The position numbers and the translations under genes are program-made. A stretch of DNA of 63,057 bases, the filler included, from Collodictyon triciliatum (lineage: Eukaryota): the NCBI GenBank assembly GCA_043381765.1. It is 6 parts of 6 records of this genome, joined end to end, with 100 filler letters (N's around TTAATTAATTAA, not from the genome) between each part and the next. Parts side by side here need not be neighbours in the genome. Positions count along the whole stretch, not along the records: positions 11,535 to 22,956 come from JBHJMP010002405.1; positions 23,057 to 34,484 come from JBHJMP010002407.1; positions 34,585 to 45,996 come from JBHJMP010002408.1; positions 46,097 to 57,508 come from JBHJMP010002409.1; positions 57,609 to 63,057 come from JBHJMP010002442.1; 1 more part is not named here. The stretch is one strand, 5' to 3'. This document shows, piece after piece, positions 13,540 through 57,678 of this stretch (its first letter is position 1; every line of letters begins with the position of its first letter). A model generated the notes under the pieces. That model was not told where the DNA came from. It worked only from the letters and a program-made list of their open reading frames with translations, and ran no database searches.

Positions 13540-14771
13540 GTAATCTATACTCTTTTTTTTTTATTTGTGGGTAGTTTTTTTTTTTTCACCTTCGCTCCTC
13601 GTCTAAAAAATACACAGGAAAAGATGCTGAATAAATCCTGTAAATAATGTCTTACTGAGGCAAAAACTCATCACTGCCGATTGTTAAAACTTAGATTTTT
13701 GTCTAGAAAACTCAACATAGGCATTCCAAATTCATGCAGCTCACACGATTTCAACGTTGCAGTAAGGACTTTCTATATTTTTTTTATGCGTTTTAACTCT
13801 TCATGAAAATTACATTTGAACTAATACTGATATTATAATCAGAAAAAGGAATATAAAATTAATCCTGAAACTAATACTAAACTAATACACATACTTCCAA
13901 GGTTAGGTGTGCATTTTTACAAATGTTGGGAATCATGAACGAAGTTAAGCTATGGTGCACAGATAAAAAAAAACTTTAAGCATTTTCAATGCCCACGCGC
14001 ATTCGCCTCCTTTTATTATTATTATTATTGTTGTTATTATTATTGTTATTATTATTGTTATTATTGTTATTATTGTTATTATTATTGTTATTATTATTGT
14101 TATGTTCTTGAAAACAAAAAAAATATATAAATGACACTGGATTATTAAGACCAATATCCAGATAAAGAAGATATAGCACATGAGTTCAGCATAAAAAAAA
14201 TAAATGTATTTGTCGCTTATAACTATGAACGAGTCCACAGGCATCATCATCGCTATGAGACGATATTTTTACCGTGGCATCCACATGCGCATTATGCAGA
14301 TTGGATCCCACTAGTATCGAGACACGGCGCTCATGGGTCAAAATCTTACCCCTTCTTTCCCCATTAACCAAACGCCGTGTCGTTCCATCGACAACCAATA
14401 GATACCGAAAAGGAGAGAGAGGACAAGAAAGAAGGGAAAGAAAGAAGGGTGACATCATTTATATATTAATATTAATATATAAATGATGTCAAAGGGAAAT
14501 AGAGTCCAGTATAATATCCACCACCCAGACTTTTAACTATGTCGGTGCGCAACCAAAGCCTCGGCATGTTTCATTTCCCACGCTGCTGTCATCGAATCGA
14601 CACGCGCCATATTAAACAAACAAACAAACAAACAAACAAACAAACAAACAAACAAACAAACAAACAAACAAACAAACAAACAAACAAACAAACAAACAAA
14701 CAAACAATTAAAAAAAAAAAGACAGATGAAAAATGAAAATAAAACAAGAAAAAACATCAAACGAAATCAGT

Positions 14772-16857
14772 ATGCGCCCGTTCGGCCGACTCTTTGCCCC
14801 GATAGTCCAGTCAGCACAGCAAAGCGCAATGAGTTCCTCAATGCCGCCGCAGATATCCACCTACAAAGACGCCGTGGCCTTTCTGCTGCGCGATGCAAAG
14901 ACCGTGGCCAACAAAGAAGACCGAGAACACCGCACTCTGAAGCCGATGCAGGATTTGATCCGCGGCGTTTCTGTGCTGTGCGACGCGTCGAGTGTTTCAA
15001 ACGCCGCCCACGCTGAGCAGAGCAAAACAGACCGATTCCTCCAAAGAGTTCGAATCATCCATGTTGCTGGGACAAACGGGAAGGGAAGCGTCTGCGCTAT
15101 GCTGGACTCTGTCCTGAGAACGATGGGATTTCGAACGGGGCTTTTCACCAGTCCGCATCTGCACTCCTTTCGAGAGCGAATCCGGGTGGATGGAAAGCTT
15201 ATCCGTGGGGGTTTTTTTTACATGTATATTAAGAGCTTGTATTGCTTTGTGGGCTTCGTGATTATTATCTGCTCTTTTTTTTCTTCCATATTTGCGTATA
15301 TGGCTGCATTTCTTGCGTATTTTTAAAAAGAAAGAAAGAAAGCATGATTACATCTTTGAATCTAAATAATTTTTGTGGATGGGTCGAATAGATTTTATGT
15401 ATAAAAGTGAGCATAAGTATACAAATGATTTTGTTATTGATAATCGCTTCTTTTCTTCTTTCTTCTTTTTCTTTTTTTCCATTTTGTATCGTGCACAGCG
15501 GCTTCTGATGTGACGCGCATAGTGAATGAAATCGCTCCTTTGTTAGAAGGCACGCCAAATATTCACATTTTTGATAGAATCACCGCTGTTGCTTTTAAAT
15601 ACTTTGTCGAATCAAACGTTGATTGGATTGTACTTGAGGTATCTATCCACCGTGCTATCAAATAAAGTAATATAATTTATACATAATATCTATCTTTATA
15701 TTTCTTTATCTTTTTTTTTTTTGTATATTTTCTCACCACAACATCAACTTCCTTCTAGACCGGGCTCGGTGGGCGGCTGGACAGCACCAATGCATTCCAG
15801 CCTGTGGTTTCGGTCATTACAAGCATCGGATTCGATCACATGAATGTTCTGGGTAACACAATACAGGAAATAGCCCAGGAAAAAGCTGGCATCATCAAGC
15901 ACGGAATCCCGGCTGTTGTCTCGTCGCTGCAAATGGACGGTGCGATGCCCGTTTTCCACGAGACTGCAAAGCGAGTTGGGGCTCCATTAACTGTGGCCGG
16001 ACGCGTAGATTTGGAGCAGCTTTCGCTGGAAGGAGAGTATCAGAAGGCAAACAAAGGTGTGGTTCTGTCGACTCTGGAAGTCCTTCACAAGTCCGGGCTG
16101 GTTCCATGGAATCAAGAAGCTATCCATACGGGACTGCAGTCCACCTTTTGGCCCGCAAGATTCGAGAGAATGCCAGACCCAAAAGGCGAGGCTGTCTATC
16201 CTATGATTGTCGATGGAGGCCACAATGAAACCGCTGTGCAAAGGTTTTCTCACACTTCCGCACACGCAGATCTTTAAATTGATTTTCATATTGCTTCATA
16301 CTTACGCTGATATAAAGAATGCATCTTATTTGTTGGGTTTCTTCTTGATTTCTACGTGATTTTAGCATCGGTCTAATCTCATTATTATTATTGTTGTTGT
16401 TGTTATCTTGTCCTTGGGCGTATATATGTGCCTTGGCAGGTTGGTGGAATCCGCAAAGGCCAGGTTCAACACAAGGAAAGTCGTGGTGATATTCGGTGCC
16501 GGGGCGGACAAGGATTACGTGGGCATGCTTCAGAGTCTCATGCAGACGTTCCAGTACGTAGTTATCTTCCAGAGCAATCATCCACGCGCCGTCCCGAGTG
16601 TACAAATAGTAGAGCGCTTGAATGAGCGAGGATTATTGACCGAAACAAGTGCCGAGCTGTGTCCGGTAAACACAGCCGACGAGGCTTTCGATACGGCTGT
16701 TAAACTCCTTTCAGAGAGCAAAGCCTCGTCTCAAGACGCGTTCATCCTGGGAACAGGTTCACTCTTTGTAGCTGCAGAGCTGCGAGAGCTTTGGCACCGT
16801 CGCTTTCCATCTGCATTTCCAGAGAGCGACTTTGTCCGTGCGAGCTCAGGCGAGTGA
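14772..16857 (+). CDS. folC: Folylpolyglutamate synthase / dihydrofolate synthase (FolC family), 4 exons
   Basis: Motifs [10 protein letters not shown] (P-loop), [49 protein letters not shown] and GTGSLFVA, joined across GT-AG introns (~15204-15498, 15639-15758, ~16243-16439). Confidence 0.93.
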
Positions 16858-17232
16858 CGTGTGTGCAGATGACACGGCCTGAATAAACGACAAAACCGCG
16901 AGTTTGGACGGGGAAATGCGTTCGTACTCCATCAGAAACGGCGTTTTCATAAGTCAATTTTTGTTTTTGTTTTTTTCGATCTGGTGACAGGTAGTCAAGC
17001 ATCAAGAAGGCCGCGTAGCCCTTTGATAGGTCGTCATAAACTTTTGTTTGGGTTATTATCGGTTTTTTNNNNNNNNNNNNNNNNNNNNNNNNNNNNNNNN
17101 NNNNNNNNNNNNNNNNNNNNNNNNNTGGTTTTTTATTGGTTTTTTATTGGTTTTTTATTGGTTATTATGACTTAAGGCAGAATCTAATCTCTTTATAATA
17201 ACAACAATACTCACAAAAAGATAAAAAGCCCC

Positions 17233-20200
17233 ATGGAGATTGTATACAAACATCGCCATGAACAAAGTAGTTCGCAGGCTGACTCTCGCGGCTCAGGATA
17301 TGGTACAAACTCTGGGCTTGTGAACACAACGAAGGTAAAGAAGGTGCATGCAGGGCAGAAAACTCTTTATTCCAATGCGTCGTTCAGCACTTATATCACT
17401 TCGTTATGTCTTTTTTTTTCGTTTGTGTGTTTTTTTTATTGGCTCTATATTTTGTTAAAGATAAACACCTTCATCACTTTTTTAAAAATAAAAAGCAGAG
17501 CCCGACATTCGGAAATCTGAATGAAAAAATCGTCGTTGGACATGTTCGGCATTTTTGTGTTGTCACAGCACAGCTCCTTTCACGAAGACCTTTGGTTGCC
17601 ATCACAATGGGCCTCTCGCTTATTCTCTTTCTTGGTCAGTGACTTCGGCTGCTTCGTTTCAAATATTCTTTAAAGAGATACAAAGAATCTGCCCTTTTAT
17701 AATGACGGAAATGACGCATGGTTTTCTTCTGGCGATGAAGTACTTACTCCATCGTTTCTTGCCTTTTGTAGGATATGGATTTTCATTGCGTGACCAAGAC
17801 CTGCGGTCCGAGTATCTCCATGGAGTGCAAGATACATATGCGTACGAGACTTTAAGACTATATTACGATATATATATATATATATATATTATGCAACCCT
17901 TTTTTTTTATCGTAATAAGAAACCCATTGAACAGCACATTATTCGCCCGAATCATGATGAATTGAATTAAACGAAAGTCTAATGCTCCGCCTGGTTTCTC
18001 ATTTTGTCACCATCATTTTAGATGGTCAGATTTTGAACTTTATAATGATTTGTTTCAAGAGAAACGGCGCATTTCATCTGTAATGTTTTCGTTAGAATCG
18101 AGGAACAACTCAAATATTTTAAGCCCAGGTATACCTCTTGCATATAATGATATTGAGATTAATTGAACGAACGAAACTTTTCTATTTGTTTATATTTTCC
18201 TACACAAGCGCTAACCTGTATAGATAATCAATAGAAAACTTTCAGGCTTTATTCACCCATTGGACATTTTTGACCACTCAGCTGAAAACAAAAGAAAATT
18301 ATATTTATCAAGACGTATGCGAACGTCGGGACATTTTCATTCCATGCAACTGCTCGAGTATATTTGCTGTTTTCGGTTACAACGAAACAATCATCAACCA
18401 AGCAAGGTGACTATTATTCTACAAGTGTGTGAACAAATGAATGAAAACCTATGTATGAATAAGACCGATGAACATTCGTGAAAGAACAAACAGGTTGATA
18501 AAAATATTTTAAAAATTACCAGTCTTTTTTTTTGTCAATAAGAGATTTTATCTTATTTGATACGCCTTCTACTTTGCAATTCAACTAATAAGTATACATG
18601 ATGTCATTTTAAAAAAATCCTATAAAGTTTGGATGAAATTCTTGTCGCTGTGAACAGACAACAGCTTGAAGTAATTTCTATTCTGGGGAACACAAAGTAT
18701 GATAGCAACGGACGAATCATAAGAGGTGGCGCTCTTTGCAATAATTTATCCGATGGATGCATTTCTACCATCGACGTCTAATTTACGCGTCTATTCATAA
18801 TTTTATTTTTCTTTATTTTCTTTTAAGCATCATCGACTACCTTCCAATTGGCTGTGTCTACTCAGGATGGAAAAAAAGCTGATTCATTTGAAAGCACGCT
18901 ATATCGCTGGGTGGAGGATGAAAAAAGCATATTCGATCTGTCTGCCATCACGCAAGTATGACACTCGTCACTTTGTGCAGATATTCATGTTTATGACTTA
19001 GACTGAGGATAACATCCAAAATTACCGGGATTTATGTCGTTTCTTGCATCTAGTATAACAAAGGCGTAGAGTCAGAAAATAATATTGACCAGAATTTCTA
19101 CTTGATCATTGTATGGCAAGTTTTCATCATTCAAATTTACATCAATTTACAGTAAAAACATTCACCTGTGGTATCGATTTATTTATTTTTTTCAAAATAT
19201 AAACCAATCTTTTTTTCTTTTCTTTTCTTTTTTTTTATTTTTAGTATTGTCACATCGTTGACAGTGGCAACTGTATCGTTAGGAAGTTGGGGAAGTAAAA
19301 CTCAATTAAAGTCCTTATATTGACGAATATATTCTATAAAGAAATATTATCATCAATCATGCATCATTACTTAATCTCTCGGCTTAATAAAAAGCGCTTC
19401 ATTCTCGAATTTGCTATGGAACAAGTGTGTCATTTGTCCTCTTGAGTGTTTTGGTTATGTCGTTTGGATTTACAGCATATTTAGGCCTCAAGTATACTGC
19501 TTACAGGTCAGATATTCTTTTTATCTTTATATTTAACTTATTTTTTTAAGTTCTACTGGATTCATGCTTCAAAAGAAACTGTGCATAAATAAATATCAAT
19601 AAATTGATAGCATCATCAACATCATTGTTGCTATATCTCTCGGGAGCTCAAATTCCTTCTTGTTTATGACAGTTTTTAAAAAGTAAAATACTTTAAAATT
19701 TAACGCAACTTGAATATTGGTATTTTTTAATGAAGCGTTATATGTTTGTGCTAATTTGATAATATTGCATGTCAAGTCAACCTGGGGTATGGTCATGCGA
19801 GGAAAGAATCACTGAAACATATAAAATCGTTGGACCCTGTCTGTTTGCACTGATGTTTGTAGAATCAGTTGTAAGGGCGTTTTTACATTTACGATTTTTT
19901 TTTTCGTGTGTTGCTTGAAGTTTTTTCTGCTTCGGAAAACAAAACTGACCGGAAAATGGATCAGGTCTTTACATTCGGTATATTTATGCAGAATCTCTCA
20001 TTTTGGTAAGTAAAGAACTCTTTTCGTCCATGACATGATACTGCACTTACAATATGCCCCATTTTTGTCACAGTTTAAAGTAAGGCTATGAATTCCTAAA
20101 GGTCATTCAGTGTAATCTCCTTTTTGATTATATTCTTGCTCTGGATTTTACAATACACTATCTTCTGTGGATTTTTGCCGCTTGATGACCGACGCATCCG

Positions 20201-22820
20201 AGTTTGTATTTGTTTTAGCCATGCCATCGCATTGTGAACTTTTTTTTAAAAAAAAAATTGTGCTGCTATGTAATAATTCATGCTGAAAACTTAATTACTT
20301 TCTGCGTTTTTTTTTTTTAAAAAAAAAAAAAAGAATGGGAGATACGATATATTTCCTTGCTTTATATCAAAACCAGAATACAGTGGGGTGCATGTGTTGA
20401 TTTCAGAGGACAACTTTCTCGAGTTTGTTCGATTTTTTCCATTAATATGGTCTCTTCTTTTTTTCTTTTTCCTTTTCCTTGTCTTTTTCTTTTTCTTTTT
20501 CTTTTTCTTTTTCTTTTTCTTTTTCTTTTTCTTTTTCTTTTTCTTTTTCTTTTTCTTTTTCTTTTTCTTTTTCTTTTTCTTTTCCCTGAGCTGTGTGATG
20601 ATGCTATATCGAGTAATTTTGAATATTTACAAACTCAGGAGAGTTTGTTCTGCTTTCTTTCGCAATTTATTTACAAAAAAGATTTCCATTTATTCAATCG
20701 TAAGTCCTGATACATATTACCCCGAAAAAAAGAATATTATGTACAATTGGCATATATTTAGCAATTGGTTTATTCGGATATTTAAAAATACTCTATTATT
20801 CTCTCAGATATTCTGTTTTCTCTTGCTCGTCGCCGGATCCATTCCTTTGATGTTGAATGGTGAAATATTTGAATCTAAATGACACAGTCAAAATTATCTA
20901 TTTGCTAAGTCAAAGTAAACCAAACCAGTTTCTGTCGGCTTATCATACCAGTACTACTACACTGACAATTCTCCGATTCATGAGTATTTCGGGCAATTAG
21001 CAGATTTTTACGAGTCTCCCGTACATCACTTATCAATTATAAAATTGAGCACAGATTCTGATATATCATATGCGAATACTAATGCGTCATCTTTCTTGTG
21101 CTCTAACTGACTTGAATGCATTTTTATTTTGTTCTTACCTCTCATGTATAATGAAACAAGGTTGTTCCTTTGGAGCTCATTGTTCGGGATGTGGATTTCA
21201 CCAACCCCGATATTCAGCAGCAGATACAACACCTCCCAGTAATCAATTATATGTGTATATTTTTCATTTATCTGTCATACATCTTGACAATTTGATGAAT
21301 TAAGGGAAAGCTATCGGACATCGCTCCAGCCTACACGCAAGAGTCATGGTTTTCAACTTTTTCATCATGGGCAAATGAAACAAATAAAAAGTAATCAATT
21401 TCTTTATTGATTCTTTCACTAATATGATTACAATTTTCAAAGAAGACGTTCGGAGTGATATTTCATTTTTATTATACTTTACTCTGGTTAGCTATATTTA
21501 CCAAAGGAACTCATTGTGCAACATTCTTTTATTATGTAGCATCACGGAGAAAGACTTTTATCCATCCCTGGATGAATTTTTGAGCACTGGCGCCTATGGG
21601 TAAGCAGAGCACTCACGAAATATATCACACAAAAGAAAGTGCCCATTCGATAAACACACTGATAATGTTGCTAGATATTTTCCCCTTTATCTCAAATCGT
21701 ACTCTCAGAATCTTCTTTTCATGTAACTCAACAGAAGATTTAAGTACGACCTTGTTTTCCGAGGTGATATTCTGATAGCAAGCAGAATAAATATGCTTCT
21801 AAGTTTTTCTTCCAACTCCGGGCGGCGACGTAATGGACATGATATAATATGATGTGGTGGTTTTGTTTTGCTTAGTCGTGAGTAGATATGTAATGATATT
21901 CATATCTAAACCGTTTTTAAGAGAAAACTTATTGCAGTGGACAACATGAAAGCAACATATGAGGCATTTGATGCACTGGATTTAAAGGGATTTCCGTACT
22001 CGGAGTATTTTGTCGTTTCTGGGCGCGACGAGTTAGTCCAGTATTTCGCGAACATTAGTCGATGATTTTTATTGGGTATGCTATGGTCAAATTAATACAA
22101 TTATCATCATTCTTTTGTTTTGTTTTGGACACGTAGAATCGCTGTATCTCGCCTAGTGGCCATCATCGGCGGTAGCTTCGGTATATCTTTAAAATAAACC
22201 CTCATCTGCGCAATCAGTTTCATAATTGTGCGCTATGTACTTTACAAAATATCAATACCAATTTCAATCATCACCCTTCGATTCCCTCGAAGGTACCACA
22301 CTCATGAATTATGTGTTAACTCGTGTTATAAGGTGCCGCATTTTTCATACTGTGCTTTTTCCTTGAACATCGAAGCTGTATAATTACCACAATATGTGCC
22401 ATTCTCCCAGGTTAGATAGGCGACTATTAATGCGAAATTAATCTCTACAAAAGAGAAGAAAAAGACATTTGCATGCTCTAATATTGGATTGTAGTATAGA
22501 TGAAACTAAGATAATCATTTGATAAGTTGAATACGACACATTCATTCCTGACATTCACCTTCATGTTTGTTCTTTTAGTCATCAACACAGCAGCATTTTC
22601 CCTGTCTCTGTTTGAGATTCCTATAGACACAGGCTCTTCCATATCGCTCTTTCTAGTTGGTGGTATGCGTGCCTTCCTCTCTGTTCTATCTCAATCTCGT
22701 TCTCTATCGTATTTAAGGATAAAAATAATCGAATATCTTCATTTGTTTTGTTATTTAGGAGTGAGCTTGCACCATTCAATAGTTTTTTCATTCACTTATT
22801 TCAACAAGCAGACAAACAGG
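17233..22820 (+). CDS. Patched/NPC1-family (sterol-sensing domain, RND) multi-pass membrane protein; many small exons, 3' end lost in the gap
   Basis: N-terminal TM preceded by LSRRPLVAITMGLSLILFLG; luminal loop; SSD-like hydrophobic exons; LDDRRI..R.DIFPC motif after the SSD; second luminal loop (SWFSTF..W, LDEFL, RFKYDLVF...IASR, GFPYSEYF); C-terminal TM exons ending GVSLHHSI. Confidence 0.8.
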
Positions 22821-22956
22821 TGACTTTAAAAATGAGTACATACATAACATTCATACATTCATACATACATACATACATACATACATACATACATACATAC
22901 ATACATACATACATACATACATACATACATACATACATACATACATACATACATAC

Positions 22957-23056
22957 NNNNNNNNNNNNNNNNNNNNNNNNNNNNNNNNNNNNNNNNNNNN
23001 TTAATTAATTAANNNNNNNNNNNNNNNNNNNNNNNNNNNNNNNNNNNNNNNNNNNN
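22957..23056. other. Artificial scaffold linker
   Basis: N44-TTAATTAATTAA-N44. Confidence 0.98.
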
Positions 23057-23135
<79 letters not shown>

Positions 23136-23189
23136 TTGGTGGACATAGGGAGAAAAAAACGAGGGGTAATGAACGCACGACCCAGAAAC

Positions 23190-23290
23190 CTTGCAATCAT
23201 GCAGGATATCCCGCCGGCTGCGAGCTGTCGAAGAATCACTTGGCTGGGAGAAAGGCGTGGCCTCAGGTCGCTGGCTTCGTCGTCGCTCAT
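23190..23290 (-). CDS. First exon of a probable mitochondrial carrier (SLC25) family protein; the rest lies beyond the scaffold end
   Basis: MSDDEASDLRPRLSPSQVILRQLAAGGISCMIAR followed by a GTTTCT donor; LxAGGxxxxxAR is the typical start of carrier repeat 1. Confidence 0.55.
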
Positions 23291-23759
23291 CACAAATCAC
23301 GCAAGGGATGGAGAGTTGTGCCTGAAAATGTTGGGTTTCCAGTGGGCACAGTGGATGGTAAAAAAAAAAATTAAAAAAAAAAAAGAAGCAGGAAGGTATG
23401 TAGTTGTGCAAGAAAAAAAAAAGTAATAAAAGCCGCCTGGTTTTTTGGGTTTTTTGAGTGATTTTTGACAGGTTTCAAATAAAAGAACCAAAAATAAATC
23501 ACGCAAAAAATCGCCCCTGTTTTGTATCGTATATGTTAAACTGCATTACAGATACCGCAAGTGATGCTTCTCTATTTTCGTTGAATTCCGTTCGCGATAT
23601 TATATTGACAGGGACAAGTCCCTTGCGTGAAGCCATTTCTTTTGTTTTAGTTTATTTTATTCCAAAGATTCCGCCAGCTTATTTATGATGCGCAATGGGC
23701 AATATTTGGACTTAGGATGAAGCATATGATTTCTTTAAAAGAAGAATGGTTAATAGAAA

Positions 23760-23945
23760 TGAAAAAAGTAAAAAGAAAAAAAGAAAAAAAAGAAAAAAAG
23801 AAAAAAAGAAAAAAAGAAAAAAAGAAAAAAAGAAAAAAAGAAAAAAAGAAAAAAAGAAAAAAAGAAAAAAGAAAAAAGAAAAAAGAAAAAAAGAAAAAAA
23901 GAAAAAAAGAAAAAAAGAAAAAAAGAAAAAAAGAAAAAAAGAAAC
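23760..23945. repeat. Polypurine (A-rich/G) low-complexity tract
   Basis: GAAAAAA(A) units just downstream of the SAC9-like stop codon. Confidence 0.9.
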
Positions 23946-23959
23946 GTTCTTTACTGGAA

Positions 23960-34216
<10,257 letters not shown>

Positions 34217-34484
34217 CTGCTACAGATTGGTGGGATGTGTTATTAATCGAGGTGCCTATCTATGCATTTCACAGAAGGAAATCCGGCCTCGCTTTGTTTC
34301 TGTCTTGTCTTTTTCTTTTCTTCTCTTGCTCTTTATAAATATAGTAATCCTCTCTTTTTTCTATTCTTTTTCTATTCTTTTTCTATTCTTTTTCTATTCT
34401 TTTTCTATTCTTTTTCTATTCTTTTTCTATTCTTTTTCTATTCTTTTTCTATTCTTTTTTTCTTTTTCTTTTTCTTTTTCTTTT

Positions 34485-34584
34485 NNNNNNNNNNNNNNNN
34501 NNNNNNNNNNNNNNNNNNNNNNNNNNNNTTAATTAATTAANNNNNNNNNNNNNNNNNNNNNNNNNNNNNNNNNNNNNNNNNNNN
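34485..34584. other. Artificial scaffold linker
   Basis: N44-TTAATTAATTAA-N44. Confidence 0.98.
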
Positions 34585-34736
34585 TATTCATCATTCATCA
34601 TTCATCATTCATTATTCATTATTCATTATTCATTATTCATTATTCATTATTCATTATTCATTATTCATTATTCATTATTCATTATTCGTCATTCATCATC
34701 CATCATTCATCATTCATCATTCAAATGTTTATCCAG

Positions 34737-40905
<6,169 letters not shown>

Positions 40906-41831
40906 AATCCGTTTTGAGGTTTTATCATTATCTTATTGCAAAGTGAAAAGAATAATGGGTGGATAAGTAGAACTGTTTCATTTCATTTCATTTCAAGTTA
41001 TTGTTTTTTATTGTTTTTTCTTTTTTTTTCTTTTTTTTCTTTTTCTTTTTCTTTTTTTCTTTTTTCTTTTTTCTTTTTTCTTTTTTCTTTTTTCTTTTTT
41101 CTTTTTTCTTTTTTCTTTTTTGAATGCGCTATTTTATTATGGCATAGTACAAAGGATGTCGATGGCAATCATTTCGTCTCAGCATAGGACACCGAAATGT
41201 TGGCCGATATGCCCATCTTTTGCAGAAGCTGCATTCCAATGTCGTGTTCCTATTTCGTGGCCCACTCTTTAATGGTGTTACGGGAGGGGGTAAAATATAT
41301 AGAATAATTGAAAAGAAAAAGAGTATAGAGCACAGCAGGATGTGGCACAAATCGAATTCTTGAGAAAAGCTGTTCGCCCGATTTCATTCCATGGTTTTTT
41401 AATTTGCCAGATTCATTTATGAGACAACAACAATCATGATACACGAAACATCCTTTCAAGATATTACCTAACCTCCCTTGCTCGACTTTGTTCGAGATGA
41501 TTTTTATGTTTACCATGAGTATGGGATAGACCAAAGGATATTAAAAAGAAGAGGAAAAGGAAAAGGTGTAGGATAACAGCTGTGAGAATAGGCGTCTGTA
41601 TATGTGGATTTCGTTTCGTCAAGAACTTTGGATTCTCTATTCAACTACTGAGAACTCATTCTTTTTTTTTTTTCATCCCTCCTATCTTTGCATCCAAAGT
41701 GTAATCCCCTATTTATACGACTACGTTTTTGAGAGCTTTTCGTAACTCGCTGTGTTAGTCATGAGAAAAGAAAAGAGAAATAAAGAAAAATTGGAAAGAA
41801 GATAGAGGAAGAAACAAAGAAACGTCGGATT

Positions 41832-45672
<3,841 letters not shown>

Positions 45673-45996
45673 TTATCTAATGAGACATAAACGTGCAGAA
45701 TGAGAGGCTTCGCTTATGTGGTGGTGGGATTGATTCGTTCGGTGCGCTCCTTTTCTTTTCGCAGCCGAAGTTGATCTCGATCGACGGTCGTCTTTTCGTC
45801 GCATAAGGAGCGGCCTTTTATTTTGTATTTGTTTTTGGCCGAGCTCCATTTTTGGGGTTGAGGTGTATAAATCGACTGGATGGGCTCGTACAGCACGTTC
45901 TTTTTTTTTTTGTTTTTTGTGTTTTTGTTGTTTTTGTTGTTTTTGTTGTTTTTGTTGTTTTTGTTGTTTTTGTTGTTTTTGTTGTTTTTGTTGTTT

Positions 45997-46096
45997 NNNN
46001 NNNNNNNNNNNNNNNNNNNNNNNNNNNNNNNNNNNNNNNNTTAATTAATTAANNNNNNNNNNNNNNNNNNNNNNNNNNNNNNNNNNNNNNNNNNNN
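45997..46096. other. Artificial scaffold linker
   Basis: N44-TTAATTAATTAA-N44. Confidence 0.98.
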
Positions 46097-46144
<48 letters not shown>

Positions 46145-46202
46145 AGAGAGAGAGAGAGAGAAGAAAGTAGTAGTAGGGATGCTATGGATAGTATCGAATG
46201 AC

Positions 46203-56049
<9,847 letters not shown>

Positions 56050-57508
56050 TTGCTGCTCGCGGGGGAGTCGTAACGAACGGGTGAAACGGGAGCAAAACAG
56101 GCCTGACCTTGATGGTCTCTCCTATCGGCTTCCTGCTCTTTGCTTTCTCACAAGTTTCCAGACGCTGAATGTATCCAGGGACGATCTCGTTTCTTGATCG
56201 ATCTGTGCATAGTTAGGTTTGTGAGTGCGATTTCATCGAACAACTCTGGGTTTATCAGTAATACTCTCCATATTAGATGAATGCACGTTTTGTTTTGTTT
56301 TGTCTCTTGGGCGAGTAGTTTTTTTCGTGCCAAGAATATGGCGCTGAAGGAAAAGAAAGAAGCGGAAAGAGACAAGAAAGGAGAGTGATATAGTTGATTG
56401 CAATCTTGGCCAGGTGAGCAAAAGAATCGGATCCATCTCGTTTTCAGAGCCAGTGAAATCGTGCGCCGATCCACACTCCTGTTCGTGAGCAAAGACCCAG
56501 CGTCGACTCACTGGCCACGCCTGAGCTCCGAGTCTCACGGAGCCAAGAATAATATTAGCAATAATAATGATAATAAAATCAAGAAAAATGAGACGAATAA
56601 TAGATGGAAGAGGAAAGGAAAAGGATGTGAGTTCGATCAAGCCAACCAAGTCGCAGACAAAACAGACAGAAAAAAGCCCTCAATCAGACAATTAGTAGGA
56701 GAATGCTATAAGATTCATTTTTTGATACTGCGATATCAAATTCACACCCAAGAAGAAAAAAAGGGTGAAAGAAAGAAAGAAAGCGGCAATCTAAGATGTT
56801 AAGAAAAACTGTCAAATGCTAGTCATCCTTCGTCGCTCACCAGCTTCATTTATTCCAAGACTTTCTCCCCGTTGAAAAAAAAAAGTGGGGGCAATTTAAA
56901 AATCAATACTTAAAGCGAATTCACCATCTGCGGCAAATATCGTCGATTTTCTTTTTTCGCTTATGATTTGCGTTCTGCTCAGAAAATGCGTTGTTTCCGT
57001 TTTTTCAGAGAAATTAAGTGAATTTAAATAATAATTATTCCAACAAGAACATCCATTTTTCCAACTGAGGTCACCCCACACAACCAATATATGAGCCTCG
57101 CATGGAATATTCAATGAAGGCATCCTTGAATGAAAATATTGAGAGAAATTGGACTGTCCATATCGGAACAATGTGTCGCATCTCAAGATGTTTCTACTGA
57201 CACGGACTTTAAGGTTATATTTCTGGAATTTAAATATATGTAATTAATTTATTCATATAATCCATTAATATTTATAAGCAAGACAGTTTTATGAAATATT
57301 ATATTGTTTTCATTAAAATAGTACTATACACGGTGGCGAGGGTGAATTTCCACTCTAGAAACAATCGTTCATCATATTATAGGGTAAATTTCGTACGGAA
57401 CCTTGGGCCACAAAAGTCCTCAGCAAAATAATCCGCTCGTCAAGTCTTTTCTGTGGCGTAACGCTACACGGCGGTGTTATTAAAAAACAAAAAAAACAAA
57501 AAAACAAA

Positions 57509-57608
57509 NNNNNNNNNNNNNNNNNNNNNNNNNNNNNNNNNNNNNNNNNNNNTTAATTAATTAANNNNNNNNNNNNNNNNNNNNNNNNNNNNNNNNNNNN
57601 NNNNNNNN
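57509..57608. other. Artificial scaffold linker
   Basis: N44-TTAATTAATTAA-N44. Confidence 0.98.
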
Positions 57609-57646
57609 TTTTTTTTTTTGTGTCTTTTCATTTTTTTCTTTTCTCG

Positions 57647-57678
<32 letters not shown>

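Noticed and set aside
14186-14612. Minus-strand short ORFs and a C/D-box-like ATGATGA...CTGA upstream of folC
   Set aside because: No recognisable protein, no terminal stem and no identifiable rRNA guide
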